In this document: piece by piece, positions 1 to 12,609 of the stretch | How the letters are laid out: each line of letters opens with the position of its first letter | How positions within the stretch are numbered: position 1 is the first letter of the stretch | Translations under genes and position numbers: made by a program | Source: Trichosphaerium sp. ATCC 40318 | Lineage: Eukaryota; Protista; Tubulinea | Direction: 5' to 3' | Assembly: GCA_038496445.1 (NCBI GenBank) | Contig: JALMLS010000009.1 | Coordinates: 62,001-126,000, forward strand | DNA length: 64,000 bases | The notes under the pieces: model-generated | The model's database searches: none | Told to the model about the DNA's origin: nothing | What the model saw: only the letters and a program-made list of their open reading frames with translations

Positions 1-882
1 ATACCAAACTCAGTCACATAGCACATTGTTTTTAGGAATATTGGACAACAATGAGCTTGATACTTAAATACTAGTATTTATGTATGGAATTTTACAAGCG
101 CTGAAAGGATTTCTACAAGTAGTATGATAGAATTTTCTAACTTGAAAATGTTGCACAACTTTCATTTTGTACCAAGTTCGTTCCGGTTCTGTCGACAGAT
201 TTCATATTTATTATCCACAAAAAAATAGTACTTTCGCCCGACTGGGGAAAAAAGGACGTGAAAAGAGATGGGTAGGAAACTGAACTCTGAAATACAAATC
301 TGTTTAACGGAAAAAAAACCCGCGAGTTTGTGAACTCGTTTTTTCAAACTGATACAAAAAAGGTTAGTGATCACTCTTGAGACAGGCTCAATTATGTGTT
401 ATAGATTTTCTGAAGTTTGTCATCATTATCATCCATGATATCATAGCGTAACAGTAATACGGCAATCATCTCAAATTTCTGATTGGTGTTTGCATATGAT
501 TGTATTGTTTTCAATCTGAGAAGCCGCGAACTTGCAGGTAGCCCTATTTTGTTACATCACCGGGTTAGAAAGTAGACAACAAACAGGGTTTTGCCTTATG
601 ATATGATCACTCTTTGTGTACATGGACTCTATTGCACTTACTTCACTACATAAAATAACTCTTTCTGCTCTTACCACATGTACCTAAAGTAGGTGTGGGG
701 TTAGGGTTTGTCCAAAAACTTATGGTCGGCGACAGATTTTCTCCCTTTCGATTTGGATTCTTCGTATCGAATTAATACTAGCAAAACCCTATTCGGTTTG
801 TAACTCACAAAGTAAATGTTCGCAATCAATACCAACATTGTGATTTAGTAAAAAACTGCTAGCTATCACATCACCTCCTATA

Positions 883-1806
883 ATGTCATTCAAAGTAGCT
901 CTTGTTATCCACAGCGCCAACGAGCTGAAGGCAGGAGACAGAAACGGTAAATCAGACCCGTTTGTAATACTGTTCGCTTCTAACTCTCCAAAAAAGCATC
1001 ACAAGACTCGCGTACGCTTGATCATATGCCCTTTAATAATTTAAAACTAATTACACCTCTATAGGTTCGCCCAGCAACTCTCTCCCCAACTTGGAATGAG
1101 TTTTTCGAAATAACTAATCTTGGAGCTGATGAGGACCTTGTTTTTCAAGTATGGGATAAGGATGCTTTTGGAAAAGACTTTCTGGGTGTGGTGACTATAA
1201 ACGCGAAAGATATCCCAGAGGATAGAGAAATGATGAAGCTTTTATTGAAGCCACGAACAAAGAAAGATAAACATATTACTGGATATATCTATGTTAGCAT
1301 GAGAAAGAACTCTGTTGATACTGTTTATTCCGAAGAAGCTAAGCCATTTGTGAAAAAATACACTATGTCTGTTGAAATCCTTGAAGCTGTATTCAAAAAC
1401 GAAGGCACGTGATAAAAATACGCTATTTTTTTTTATACCTTTCTTGCTTTGTTGTTTTGTCTGTTCAGTTTTTCAGTACCCTAATGCTATGTCATTAGAA
1501 TCAAGTCCATTGAAGGTACCTATAGAACACTGTAAAGATAGTTGTCGAACGAATTGGGACGAGATTATTGCATTTGGGAAAAATGTTAAGAAAGTACTCA
1601 ACCCTTTTGATTTACCTCCAGTTGACCCAAACGCACCACCACCTCACCTCAATATCTGGCCAACAATAGATTTCTTTACGTACCAAGCACACAAGTTTGT
1701 ATTCGATGTTGAAATGAAAGATGGAAGCCATAAGAGAGTGCGTGCACTAGTAAAGTTTGTACGGCTTCTATGTTATCCGATAGAAATTGCCATAGAAAGA
1801 AATTAG
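883..1806 (+). CDS. C2-domain protein (2 introns)
   Basis: Spliced translation MSFKVALVIHSANELKAGDRNGKSDPFV...PTWNEFF...FQVWDKDAFGKDFLG carries the C2 Ca-binding Asp motifs. The second intron (1405-1468) is GC-AG. Confidence 0.85.
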
Positions 1807-2254
1807 TTCGAATAAACTATTCTGGCGTTTGCAATAAGACTTAGCCAAGATTGAAGTGACGTTTTAGTCTTTAAAAACATTTTGAAGGAACTAGGTAGCT
1901 TGGCGTTTGGCTTATAGCAACATGTAGTTTACATGTTCGCTTCATAAATAAAACGCAACCAAGGATTTATCAATTTGGTGCCAAGATACCGTGCGAGTTT
2001 GCTGATGCAGGTGAGGGACCAGTTGTAAAATAAGGTGGTTTAAGTAGGTACAAAGTATCACATTAGTGTTTGCAAGCTCCAATCTAGATGCCTGACAACA
2101 CATGATGAATCAAACTGTAGTTAGTTTAATGATGTTCTTGCTCTTCAAAAAGCCTGACATTTTGTTTTTAGAACTTCCTTGTGCTTGTGAAGGACCTAGA
2201 AATTAAACTTGGTAGATTTTCAACCACAAAACCTTGATCGCTCACTTGTGATGT

Positions 2255-3016
2255 TTATTTGCACACTTTCTCCAATATCTTAACAAACGATGGGTCTAAA
2301 GGAGGCCAAGTTAATTGCAACCTTACTCCAGTCTTTCCAGTATCCACTCTGCTTAAAATTATACCATCGTCTTGAAGTAGTCTATACAATGTCTCATAGC
2401 CTACTTTGGTCCGTGCCACTTCACAATAGTCAATTGTAACACTACATCGCACTAGAGAAGAAGCAGCCTGTAAGGTTTTGTTAGCTTCTTTCTTTTCTAT
2501 GAAAAAAAAAGCGTACAGTATCTTGTACTGTCTTTAAGGCTGTCTCACGTGTAGCTTTGATCCCAAGTATATGATTTTTGAGTATCTGGAACGTTGCAGA
2601 ATCTCCTACAGCAAGGTAAGATTACAACTTTGCGTTCTTGCTCACCAACTCGTTTGAACTTTAAGTCTTCAATGTTAAGTGGTAAGCCGTAGTATTCAAA
2701 TGCTTCCATTAGGCTCCATATCTGTTCAACCAACAATTTATCCAATAAAACAGTGCCTGTGTTGTAGAACATCTCTATGTACTTGAATTCATTTTTAAAC
2801 CTTTGAATGTCAGTTAAATACACGTGATTATTGAAATATGTACCTTGAGAGCTCGTATTTGTTGTTTTTATTGTGTTTGGCTTGATCGCTGACTGTTTCG
2901 TTAACGAGACCAACCAAAACAGACTCTGGATGCTTTAATAAACTGTCTTGAGAGATGGTGTATTCAACCGTTGGCTTGGTAGAGAACAAGAATGTATAAG
3001 CTGTCGCGTTTGCCAT
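2255..3016 (-). CDS. BTB/POZ-like domain protein (3 introns)
   Basis: YTISQDSLLKHPESVL...FKYIEMFYNTG...LMEAFEYYGLP resembles a KCTD-type BTB domain. GT-AG introns keep the frame to the stop at 2255. Confidence 0.6.
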
Positions 3017-3258
3017 TTTAAAAAAAATTATTCTGGTCACTGTTAAGACAGACTAACGTAAGTGGATTCCTCTTGATTTCTGGTTTTTGGCATTCAATGT
3101 ATTCGAAAAAGCGAATGTAGAACACCTAATACAAGTAATTACAAAATGCCTAAATCAAAGTTTTTTTCAAGTTAAGCTGTCATTGCAGGTGGTTATCAAA
3201 GAATGGGTTGAAGCAGGTGAGTGCAATGCCAATAACTTTAACTTATCCTGGAGCGATG

Positions 3259-5376
3259 TTACAGAGTTTTATTTACATACAAGGGCTTTTTGTCACAATT
3301 ATATTGAGTAATGGATAGACTTGATAACGTCACAGAGAACGTATTTGGGGGACTGTCGTTAAGGATTAACTCGTTACCAATGTTTTGCTTATTGAAGCCA
3401 TGGAACAACAATAACCCGTCTTCGTCACCAGCAAGTCTTTGGTGCATTAGAGATTGAACCTGAGTCAACGAAAGAGGCCTATCAGACAACATTAACATAC
3501 AATTAGTTGTCGAAGCTTTTGTACCTTTTCCATAACTGTATGTCATCCAAAAGTATCGAAAAATCCTTCCCTTTCATTAATCCTACAATAATCTCGTTTT
3601 TGGCGGTTGAAAGTGGGAAGTTAAGAGTGATGACATGTGTTGACTCTAAAAATCCATTTGAGAATATCTTTAGTAGTTTTTCGTTTCCATTGGCGGACAC
3701 TGTTACAGAAACGAAAGTCCAACGGTTTGTGGCTACAGGTTTAATACCAGTGTAACATGATTTCGAAAAGCAAACTTGAATAAAGTGCATTGAAGGAGAA
3801 CTTGGCACGGAACTAACTGAAATTGTCCATCTGAAAAAATGTTAATAAAGGCTTACCGCTTATAACGTACACTCTCGTGTCAATCAGTGTCAAAGAATAG
3901 TCAACTGTATTAGGTGGAATATTGATCATAAGCCAAGAAGAAAATGTAAACGATGAAGTTAGTATTGGCAGAGATGGAGTAACAAGGAACTCATTTGAAG
4001 TTTGTAGTTTGATGCATAAATCTTTACGGCTTGGATGAAATTGCTTTTTCTCTTGCATGGATTTAATAGCATGACATATTCTGCATGTTCCTCCGTCAAA
4101 TACACAATTATTATATTTCTACAGCTCAGTTAGTGATAGTACGTTGGATGAGGACCCAATGTACATCTACGAAGTTTTGTGGGAAATTATTTTGTTTCCA
4201 TCCAAAATGTGAGTTCCACAGCTCTTCACTGTCAATTATTCTCTTCAAGTATTGCGACATTTCTTTTGGAGATGCGTATTTATCTATAGAAGCGATTAAT
4301 ATTACTGAATACAGGATTCATTGTACTACCTGTTCGCACTATCGACTTGTCGTCAGGAATCCAGTCGTCGATATTTGGTGCACCCATGTAGACAGGCAAA
4401 GACGATGCCTTCCATGCGCAAGGTAACTGTGTGCTTGTATTAATACCAAAAACCAAAGATGTCTTTTCACGACGTACCTTCTCGGTTACATAATCAGTGA
4501 CGTTGTTATTTTCAAAGACAAGAGTGATTTTGTAATCCTTCAGAATACTTATCTTCTTCCTCATACTTTCACCATGTGATTTTGATGGATCACTAACAAA
4601 TGCATCTGTATCAACGTTATGCAAGCACTCACCAAGTGAATCTACTTTGATATACTTCATTAACTCTATAAGATAATCACGCCTTCCCCAAGCTCCGCCA
4701 GCCATGCAATTTGAAGCTATGAAAGCGATATTACGTGACTTTTTGAAAAAGGTTTAAAGTATCGAAAAGACTCAATACTTGGTTTGTTATCAGCTGCCCA
4801 GTCGCACATGAAGGAAATAGGTACTTGAGCATCTCTGTCATACGTAGCATTAATATCAAAGTAGCGCTGTAACACAGAAAATCTATTAATGCCAACAAAA
4901 TCATGATTTTTTTTCGAACACTTACAACAAATTGAGGCTCTGATTGAAGAGGAAAATATAGGTCCTGTTCATATGATAGCATAATGGCTATCTGTCCAGG
5001 TCGTTTTTGAGGCACTTGTACAGGTTGGTGGCGATAATTATCTGTGTAGCCTGAAAGGCCTTGTGGCTCATACAAGATGCCGTTGGCAACACCTAAAACC
5101 CGTTCAACGCCCGTGACAGGTAAAAAACTCTAAGCCGTTACCTACATCTGATTCCTCACTAGTGAATGTACATGGTATATCGCACGTGTGACTGAAGTCG
5201 TATCCCTTTTCAGATAAGCAAAAACAGTACAACGATGCAGTTACCACGTAATTTGGTGTAGGAACATCGTCAGTAGGTTGGTGTACACCAAGCCATGTCA
5301 AATGGGGCGTATAAATGAGTATCGCGTTTAGTAAAGGTAAACACGTGATTATGAATACCACGAGCGATTTACTCAT
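3259..5376 (-). CDS. GT10 alpha-1,3-fucosyltransferase-like protein with C-terminal LamG-like domain; one frameshift near 4740
   Basis: Signal peptide, FIASNC, YKITLVFENNNVTDYVTEK|LPCAW...PVYMGAPNI (GT10 motif), then FTFSSWL...NRWTFVSVT...LDDIQLWKRPLS (LamG-like). Confidence 0.8.
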
Positions 5377-5520
5377 TTCTATGGGTGCAGCGGAGCCATT
5401 ATCAAGTAACCAAAGATAAATACAGCTTTTGGTCAAACCGAGTTTTGCTGAAAGTCTACACAACGCATAAGGCGTGTTCTGAAATAACACTGCGGGCTGC
5501 CATGTGGTAATGGAGTGTCA

Positions 5521-7048
5521 ATGGAAAATGGTGGCGCACCAAAGGTACATTTGCAGTTTATGTCATGCGTTAATATATTAAAGGCGTGTGACGCGTTAAT
5601 GCATATTTTTACGCGAGATAAGGCATTACAGGCGGAAAGTGTAGTATACATACGAAATACGCTACCACAAATCAAAGCCAGCGTATTGAAACTCATTGCG
5701 GGTACCTAATTTGGGAAACGAGTTTTTTTTTTTAAAACTACATAAGAGCGGGCTCAATTGCGTTAATACGCAAGTTCTTTCCAGAAATAGACGCGTCTGA
5801 GGCTAAAATATGTCATTTGCTCATCACAACGCATAAACAAAGAGCTCGAAATAAACTCGCTGTACACAATATCACTGCATTTCAATAAACGCTGACAGTT
5901 ACACCAACAGATTGACACATCCAAGAAGGGAGTATCCGCGCGTCAAAGAGTGCATCACAAGATTCCTTTGCCTGATGCAATTGACGAGATTGAGCACAGT
6001 GTAGTTTACGAGGTACACTTACAGATACCTTATCTTTGCACGTGGTTGTTTATGTATATTTAGGGATTGAAGACTAAAGTATTTTGTGTCACTGTTAGTG
6101 ACAAGAATTCAAAGTACGGAACGAACTTCAAAAAGTAATTGTTTGTTGTCACCCTTACGTGTTGTTAAGTAAATGTAAAATAGCAGTAAAATGGTTCACA
6201 GATTCAAGAGCACTAGATAGAGAAGTCACGTGCTTGGACTACCTAAGGGATACATCTGTGCCGATACCTGAATATCCTTATATGAATCACTTCAAAAGAC
6301 AAATTGCTGAGTACCTGAGAAAGGATGAGGATAAAATACTCTTGTCTGAATACATAAGCACTAAACCAATAGATTCAAAGAATTTATCTTCACCAACGTC
6401 TATTGAAACGTTTACACGAGGACTCTTTGAGGTATAGATAAGACTTGTTTTTAATTTATTTGTTGATAACATTTTGCAACAGGCACTTGCAGCTCTCCAT
6501 GCTGTGAACTGTATTCATGGTGATATTAAACCTCAAAACTTATTATGGCATGCTCAAGAAGGTAAGATATCCTTGATAGACTTTGACTTGAGTATCACGC
6601 GATGTCACATTGGACGCAATGCTGGATACGGACGTAAGTTATTACATTCAAATCAGGGTTTGTTTAAAACTTCCTAGGAGGAACTAAGGGCTTCAAAGCA
6701 CCGGAAATAAAAAAAGGGAGTCAAATGAGAATGACGCCAAAAGTGGATGTTTGGTCAGCAGGCGTAACTATTCTTAATGTTGTATGTTGTTATTTATTTT
6801 GATAGTATTTTCCTTATTAATCTCCAAAGGTTTTGGATGTTGTTACTGAGGACTGGCATCATGCTTTGGCTATGGTAGATAAAACAAACGATAGATTTTA
6901 TATGAAGGAAGATAACAGTAGAGCGTATCTCATGTCTCCTTTAATGCTATCACTTATGAACGGTATACTCTGTGAAGATGTTACGAGTAGATTCTCGTCA
7001 CAAAAGTGCTTGGATAGCACATACTTAAAGCCTTCCCAAGTAAACTGA
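5521..7048 (+). CDS. Divergent Ser/Thr protein kinase
   Basis: IAVK, HGDIKPQN, IDFDLS, GTKGFKAPE and DVWSAG across spliced exons. Start codon uncertain. Confidence 0.8.
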
Positions 7049-7811
7049 CTTTACCAACTGAGCGGTATGTTTTATATGCGGAAATACGAACATATCTTGA
7101 AACTATGTGATAGAAGTCAAACCACAGTTTCTACATAGGTTTGTTTTAGACATCGTTATGGTTCTTATGAAACTAAGAGAGAATTCTCACCAAAAATGAT
7201 GAGTTTTCCAAAAGCGATAAAAACGTGTATTTTCTTCAAATCGGTTACCTTTCTCTGACGCAAGGTAAAAGGTGAATATTACGATCAAAAAGTTAACTTG
7301 AATAGGTAGTTCGCTATGCTAGTATATTTCGAAAAAGTATCCCACAATTTTTTTCTTTTTCTTTGTCCTTGCTTAAATGTCCTTTGCTTGTTACAATGTA
7401 AGCAAGGTGCATAGCGATTGTGTTACTTCCCCTATAACTAAACTTGTGTTTAACTAAATCAAAAAAAGAAAGAAAACCATAAAAATCAAAAAATGACCAA
7501 AACCTTACAAAAAAAATATAAAACAAAAAATAATCTCATAAATAAAAGTACTTCGAGTTGTTTCGGCAACACTCGTGGGTCATCTGGAGCAAGATGCTCT
7601 TTAAGCCCACAAACCCCTCCTAGAACACATCGCGCAACCACCTTTTTGTTACTTAACACAGACTACACCTTTCAATGACTTTTCCCTGCGCTGAAACTTT
7701 AGTTAGGACATGAGGACCAAGCTACGCGAGTGACTTTACTACAATGATGAAGCAGAGAACGTAGTATGTACACTTTACTCTCGTTTACACCGTAGAACCT
7801 TGAGTAATTAA

Positions 7812-8811
7812 ATGTCGCTGATGGTAATTTAGTGTACCAATTTTACAGCCAGAGGTCACGTTTTACGGCTTGCCAACTGAAATTCAACAACATATTCTTT
7901 CATATCTCAGACAATCGCGTTATAAAGCAGCCCAGACGTGTAAGCTATTATCAATGATCATACACAATCGCCTCGGATATGAAAAGGTGTTCATCAAAGA
8001 AAACCAAATAGACTCTCTAATACAGTACCCTGGCATTCTTCAAAACACTTTAATATCCGTTCACTCACCCAGAGACTCAGCACAAATTAAAAAACTATCT
8101 GGATCATCCTACCTGAATTTATCACGTGCTCTTTTGAATGATGAAGCGATAGAAGCTTTGGTAGGAGTACACTATCTAGATCTAAGCAGTTCATATGGTT
8201 TCAGCAACTCTAGTATTGCAAAACTCAATGGTGTTCATACAATTAAGCTTGATCACACAAAAGTAACAGATGAAGGTGTTAAGGCCTTAGCTGGGGTTCA
8301 CAATATTTCGTTGAGCATGACGGCAGTAGGAGACGATGGTATCAAAGCTCTGGCTGGTGTTCACACCATAAACCTTCGTAGAAATACTGTAACAGATAAA
8401 GGAGTGATGACTTTAGCAGGTGTGCATATGATCGATTTGAGAGCTACTTTTGTTACTGATGAAGGTGTTATACCTCTTGCTGGAGTACACACAATCAAGT
8501 TGTCAAGCACGAAAGTAACCGATAGGGGCGTAATAGCGCTTGCTGGAGTGCATACAATTTGGCTTGATTGTACTTCTGTCACTGACAAAGGAGTAAAAGC
8601 ACTTGCAGGGGTCAACACAATACGTCTTGGAAAGACAGCTGTTACTATGGACGGCATTAGCGCTTTAGTTGGAATAGAATCAATAAGGCTGCCTGTATGC
8701 ACACCAGACTTTTTGGACCAATACAAAGCATGGCTATCAACATGGAATAACAACTTCAAGGTACAATTGAATCGTACAAACAGTGTTTTCATGGTGCGCC
8801 TTGTGCATTAA
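7812..8811 (+). CDS. F-box + 21-aa LRR ('LAGVHTI') protein
   Basis: F-box-like LPTEIQQHILSYL followed by about 9 repeats of VTDxGVxALAGVHTIxL. The start needs a 25-nt intron (7824-7848). Confidence 0.8.
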
Positions 8812-9653
8812 TACAAGGTAATGTAATAGTGGCGTTGTGTATTCTTATATTTTTTGGATAAGAAGCTTCATGAAATAAAAACATGTGCGTGTAATTTGGC
8901 GGTTGTTGGAAGTTAGATTTACATCGTCGTTGCAGCATTTTTGGACATTGTAAAACAGCATTCGAAAAAAAAAGCAGAGCAGCTGCTTCCAGTCAAAATG
9001 ACAGTGTCGGAATGTGTGGTTCTGCATGTTTAGAAGCGTACTAGACCATTCATAGCTCGATTGAGCGATGATTTGTTTTGAAATAACCGATTTAATACTT
9101 CCTGTACTCCTCAAGATTGAACTAGAGGTGCTGCGATATAGATCATAATTACCCATACTGCTCGCTTGCGCTTTGGAGGATTCATTGGGCGTTAAAGTAC
9201 ATTCTTGTTTTAAATAGAACAAAAAGCGTAACACACTCACGCCTCTTAGAACAGGTACACTGAGAGCCTCTACTCTTCTATTAACAATTATTACTGGCAT
9301 TAGCAGACAACCCGAAAGCGCTACGCTCGCTTGGTCTTCGTAAGTTCTTTTTAGCACTCTCATCACGTGTTTACTTACAATTGCGGTTTTTTTAGTGTTA
9401 AATTGTCAACTCAATTGTGGAACACAAACTCATATTGTCAACGCAAACTCGTGACCCAATTGTGGCACACAGAAACGTGTGTCGTATCACTGCATTTTTT
9501 CTAACCATACAGATTTTGTCTCCATTCGTTTCACGTGTCGTAGTTTTGCGTTTCTTTGGTTTTTACACGGTTGTGAACTTATTACGTTCCACTTACTTCA
9601 CAATCATGTTCCACTTGTCACAAACGCAGTTTTTTTTAAAATCATTACAAAAC

Positions 9654-10754
9654 ATGCAGAGACACACACAAGTTATAACTATAATTGCTGTATTTGCGAT
9701 ACTAAGCTCAGTGGCGTATGGCAGTTGTACGAATATTACAGCATTCGACGGCTCCCAGTACGATTTAAGCGCCATCATTGGAAAGGTAGAGACTGGACTG
9801 GGCACCTATCCATGTTCTAATTGTGTGGTATGAATATGCGAGCTAAACGAAAAGAACATCCCGTGACAATTAATTCTCTTCAACAGTAGCTAATGGTTTC
9901 ATAGGACCGTTATTACCAATACCAAGTCTCAATTTGCCAACAAAGAATTGCTCCATGTGGTGTGCGTATCTTTTCCTTTTACCATCAGGAATGTAATTCT
10001 TGCTTTACAGATTAGTGCCACCTGGGGGATTTGTCAAGCATGGGACGACTACACTACGACAGAATCAATGGTACTATTTGTTACATGACTGGAAAACCAC
10101 CTGACATTTTCCGCAGGCAGTTGTTGGTAACTTCGTTCCAGTGAACGTAAGTGGTTTATCAAGTGGTAGAGGTGTCGGTATCAGATACGACGGAGGAGAA
10201 TTTGGAAAGAGTGCAATAGGTTCGAAACTAAGTATGATGTAAACAAACTAATCTATTTTCAGTTGATATTTTATGCAAAAAAGGTGCTGGAGGCACGTGA
10301 TTAATGACTGAACTGTTTTTTTTTAATTCCAATTGACTTGCTCTCAGAGTTCGATAACTTGAAAATTGAAGACCGTTACTCGACCATTCATATTACCGCT
10401 GAGTCATACGCTGCGTGTGCTATTAGTAGCGATGTTCCAGTAGAGAAAGGCGGTAGAATCAGTATTGGTTCTATTCTTTGTATTGTGTTATTGCTCGGTG
10501 TTGTACTTTACATTGTTGGAGGAATATTTTACAATGTTGCTCGTGGGACAGGAACAATATTCCCAAACACTGTACGTTATAGAACGTTTCTGTTTATCAT
10601 TGACAACAGGTACAGGAGTTTTGGCTCGGATTCCCTGGCCTTGTTTTGGACGGTGTCATGTTTATTGTCAATCGAGGTAACATACCTTTCTACAAAACCT
10701 TTGTAGCACTAAAACAACTCTCTAGGAAAGCGTGGCAATTATACTGAAGTGTAA
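9654..10754 (+). CDS. MRH-domain (M6P receptor/ATG27-like) type I membrane protein
   Basis: Signal peptide, YDLS, Cys-rich MRH pattern, ESYAAC, ISIGSILCIVLLLGVVLYIVGGIFYN transmembrane segment, PN.EFW and a YTEV sorting motif in the tail. Confidence 0.8.
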
Positions 10755-10858
10755 CTAAATAAACGAATGTTATAGTAATTTATTAGTTTCTAAATGGAGG
10801 CTGTGTTTAGCTGGCAAATTTTTTCCAGTAGTGATTGTTTTCAAGATATGATTGAAGC

Positions 10859-10902
10859 TTTCATCAATATTAATACTGTCTTTCATCAATATTAATACTG
10901 TC
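10859..10902. repeat. Perfect 22-bp tandem duplication
   Basis: tttcatcaatattaatactgtc x2, intergenic. Confidence 0.9.
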
Positions 10903-11408
10903 TTTTGCTGATGTTTCAAAAAACATACATCCGGAATGTCTGCAAATTCTGTCCTTCTTTTTTAGATACCTTTCTTTCATCTTCTAGATCACTTTTATTA
11001 CATCAAAATAATAGGTATGTTATTTCCTCTTGCCCTTTTGGTGAACACGTGAGCACAACCTTCAAAAAAAAAGAAAGAAAAAAAAGAACAAGAGAAAAAG
11101 GTGTTGTCCACCCCACGCTCGCTGTTGCCCCTACATGTACAACGTTTGTGTATCTGTAGGATAACATCTATTTGATCACATTCATAAGGGTGGGTTTGTT
11201 ATGACATACTCGCGAAATTGGTCAAAATAAGGTACAACTCAAAAGACTCCCTGTTTGTGATACTATAGAATTCATATTAATAAGTGTTCTCTGAATGTAC
11301 CTAAATACAACATTAACATAAAGCTTTTTATTACTAGTCCGTAAACTAAAGAACAAAATAACGCAAAAAAGCAACCTAATACACCTTTGTGCTAATTTAT
11401 CAGATAGA

Positions 11409-12220
11409 ATGCTCAAATCTCCCCAAACTATCCTGTCCAACGTACGGAATCCTGTTAATCGTATCTAACAACGCACGAATAGGGATTCACTGATGATCGC
11501 CGCCTATTACACCTTCCGGTTGAGCTTCAGCTCAATATTATCGAGTTGGGCTGGTCTGCGTGTTTAAATTGGCCACTTCTTTCGAAACAGGCAGCAACGA
11601 CAATAAGGTTTGATGGCGATATGAAAAAGCACGGAAAATGGGTTCGAAGAGTCAAGAACAAAGTTGTAGAGCAAGAGTATTGGAACCATGGTCTAAAACA
11701 TGGAGAGTATAATCATTGGCGCTCCAATGGTCAATTGTATAAGCAATATGCTTATGTCGATGGTGAGATAGAAGGAGAATATAAAGAGTGGTATGAATGG
11801 AAGAGTAGGGAGAGACAGTTTAGTCGCTTCGATTTCGAGGAGGGCTTAAATTACCCAAGTTTCTATAACGCACGTGTTTTTTACGGATGCAATGAACAAG
11901 AGAAAGAAAACGAGGATGAAAGCCAATTGCGGATCCAGTGTAATTACATAAAGGGTAAAAAAGAAGGAGAATATAAGGAGTGGTATAAAAATGGACAATT
12001 AAAGGTCCAATGTAGATACATCAATGGTGAGTTTGAAGGAGAATATAAATATTGGCATGAAAATGCACAATTACGATGCCGCTGTAACTACATCAATGGT
12101 GAGTTTGAAGGGGAATATAAGGAGTGGTATAAAAATGGACAATTAATGATCCAATGTACGCCTACATCAAGGGCAAAAAGTAGGAGAATACAAAACAGTG
12201 GAATAAATATGGAACTTTGA
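11409..12220 (+). CDS. F-box-like + MORN-variant repeat protein
   Basis: One 5' intron, then LLHLPVELQLNII and 24-aa EGEYKEWYKNGQL repeats. The last repeat is frameshifted. Confidence 0.75.
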
Positions 12221-12609
12221 TGGAAGATAGTGAAACCTAGTATACAATCTGAAAGCAATGAATTGGATTCATTTGACTGCAATAGCAGACTGTAAACTTG
12301 AGTTATCATTCCTAGTATTAAATAGATATCTACGATATTTTGTAGCAGTTATCTACTTTGACGGTGTAGCACTAATAAATTTAGCTTCCGTTTTCATTCA
12401 CGTGTCAGGTTTTATTGAGCAATTCACCTACAGCGTTTACTGAGGCTGCCGTAATAGTACTATGAGTACTATTATAAATACATTGTTTATCAAGTGTTGC
12501 TTGAAACTGCCACTTTGAAAACAGCTTTATTACAACGACATTAAACATTGAGTTTTCCGATACAGCAATTTTTAGGACTGATCAAGTACTTTATTATGAC
12601 TCTACTAGG

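Noticed and set aside
8845-9366. 173-aa minus-strand ORF; also weak coding hints at 16580-16930, 21100-22030 and 59100-59450
   Set aside because: No recognisable motif and no consistent exon chain.
12452-12474. Short inverted repeats (also 41036-41052)
   Set aside because: The 8-10 bp arms are compatible with chance, and there is no transposon structure.
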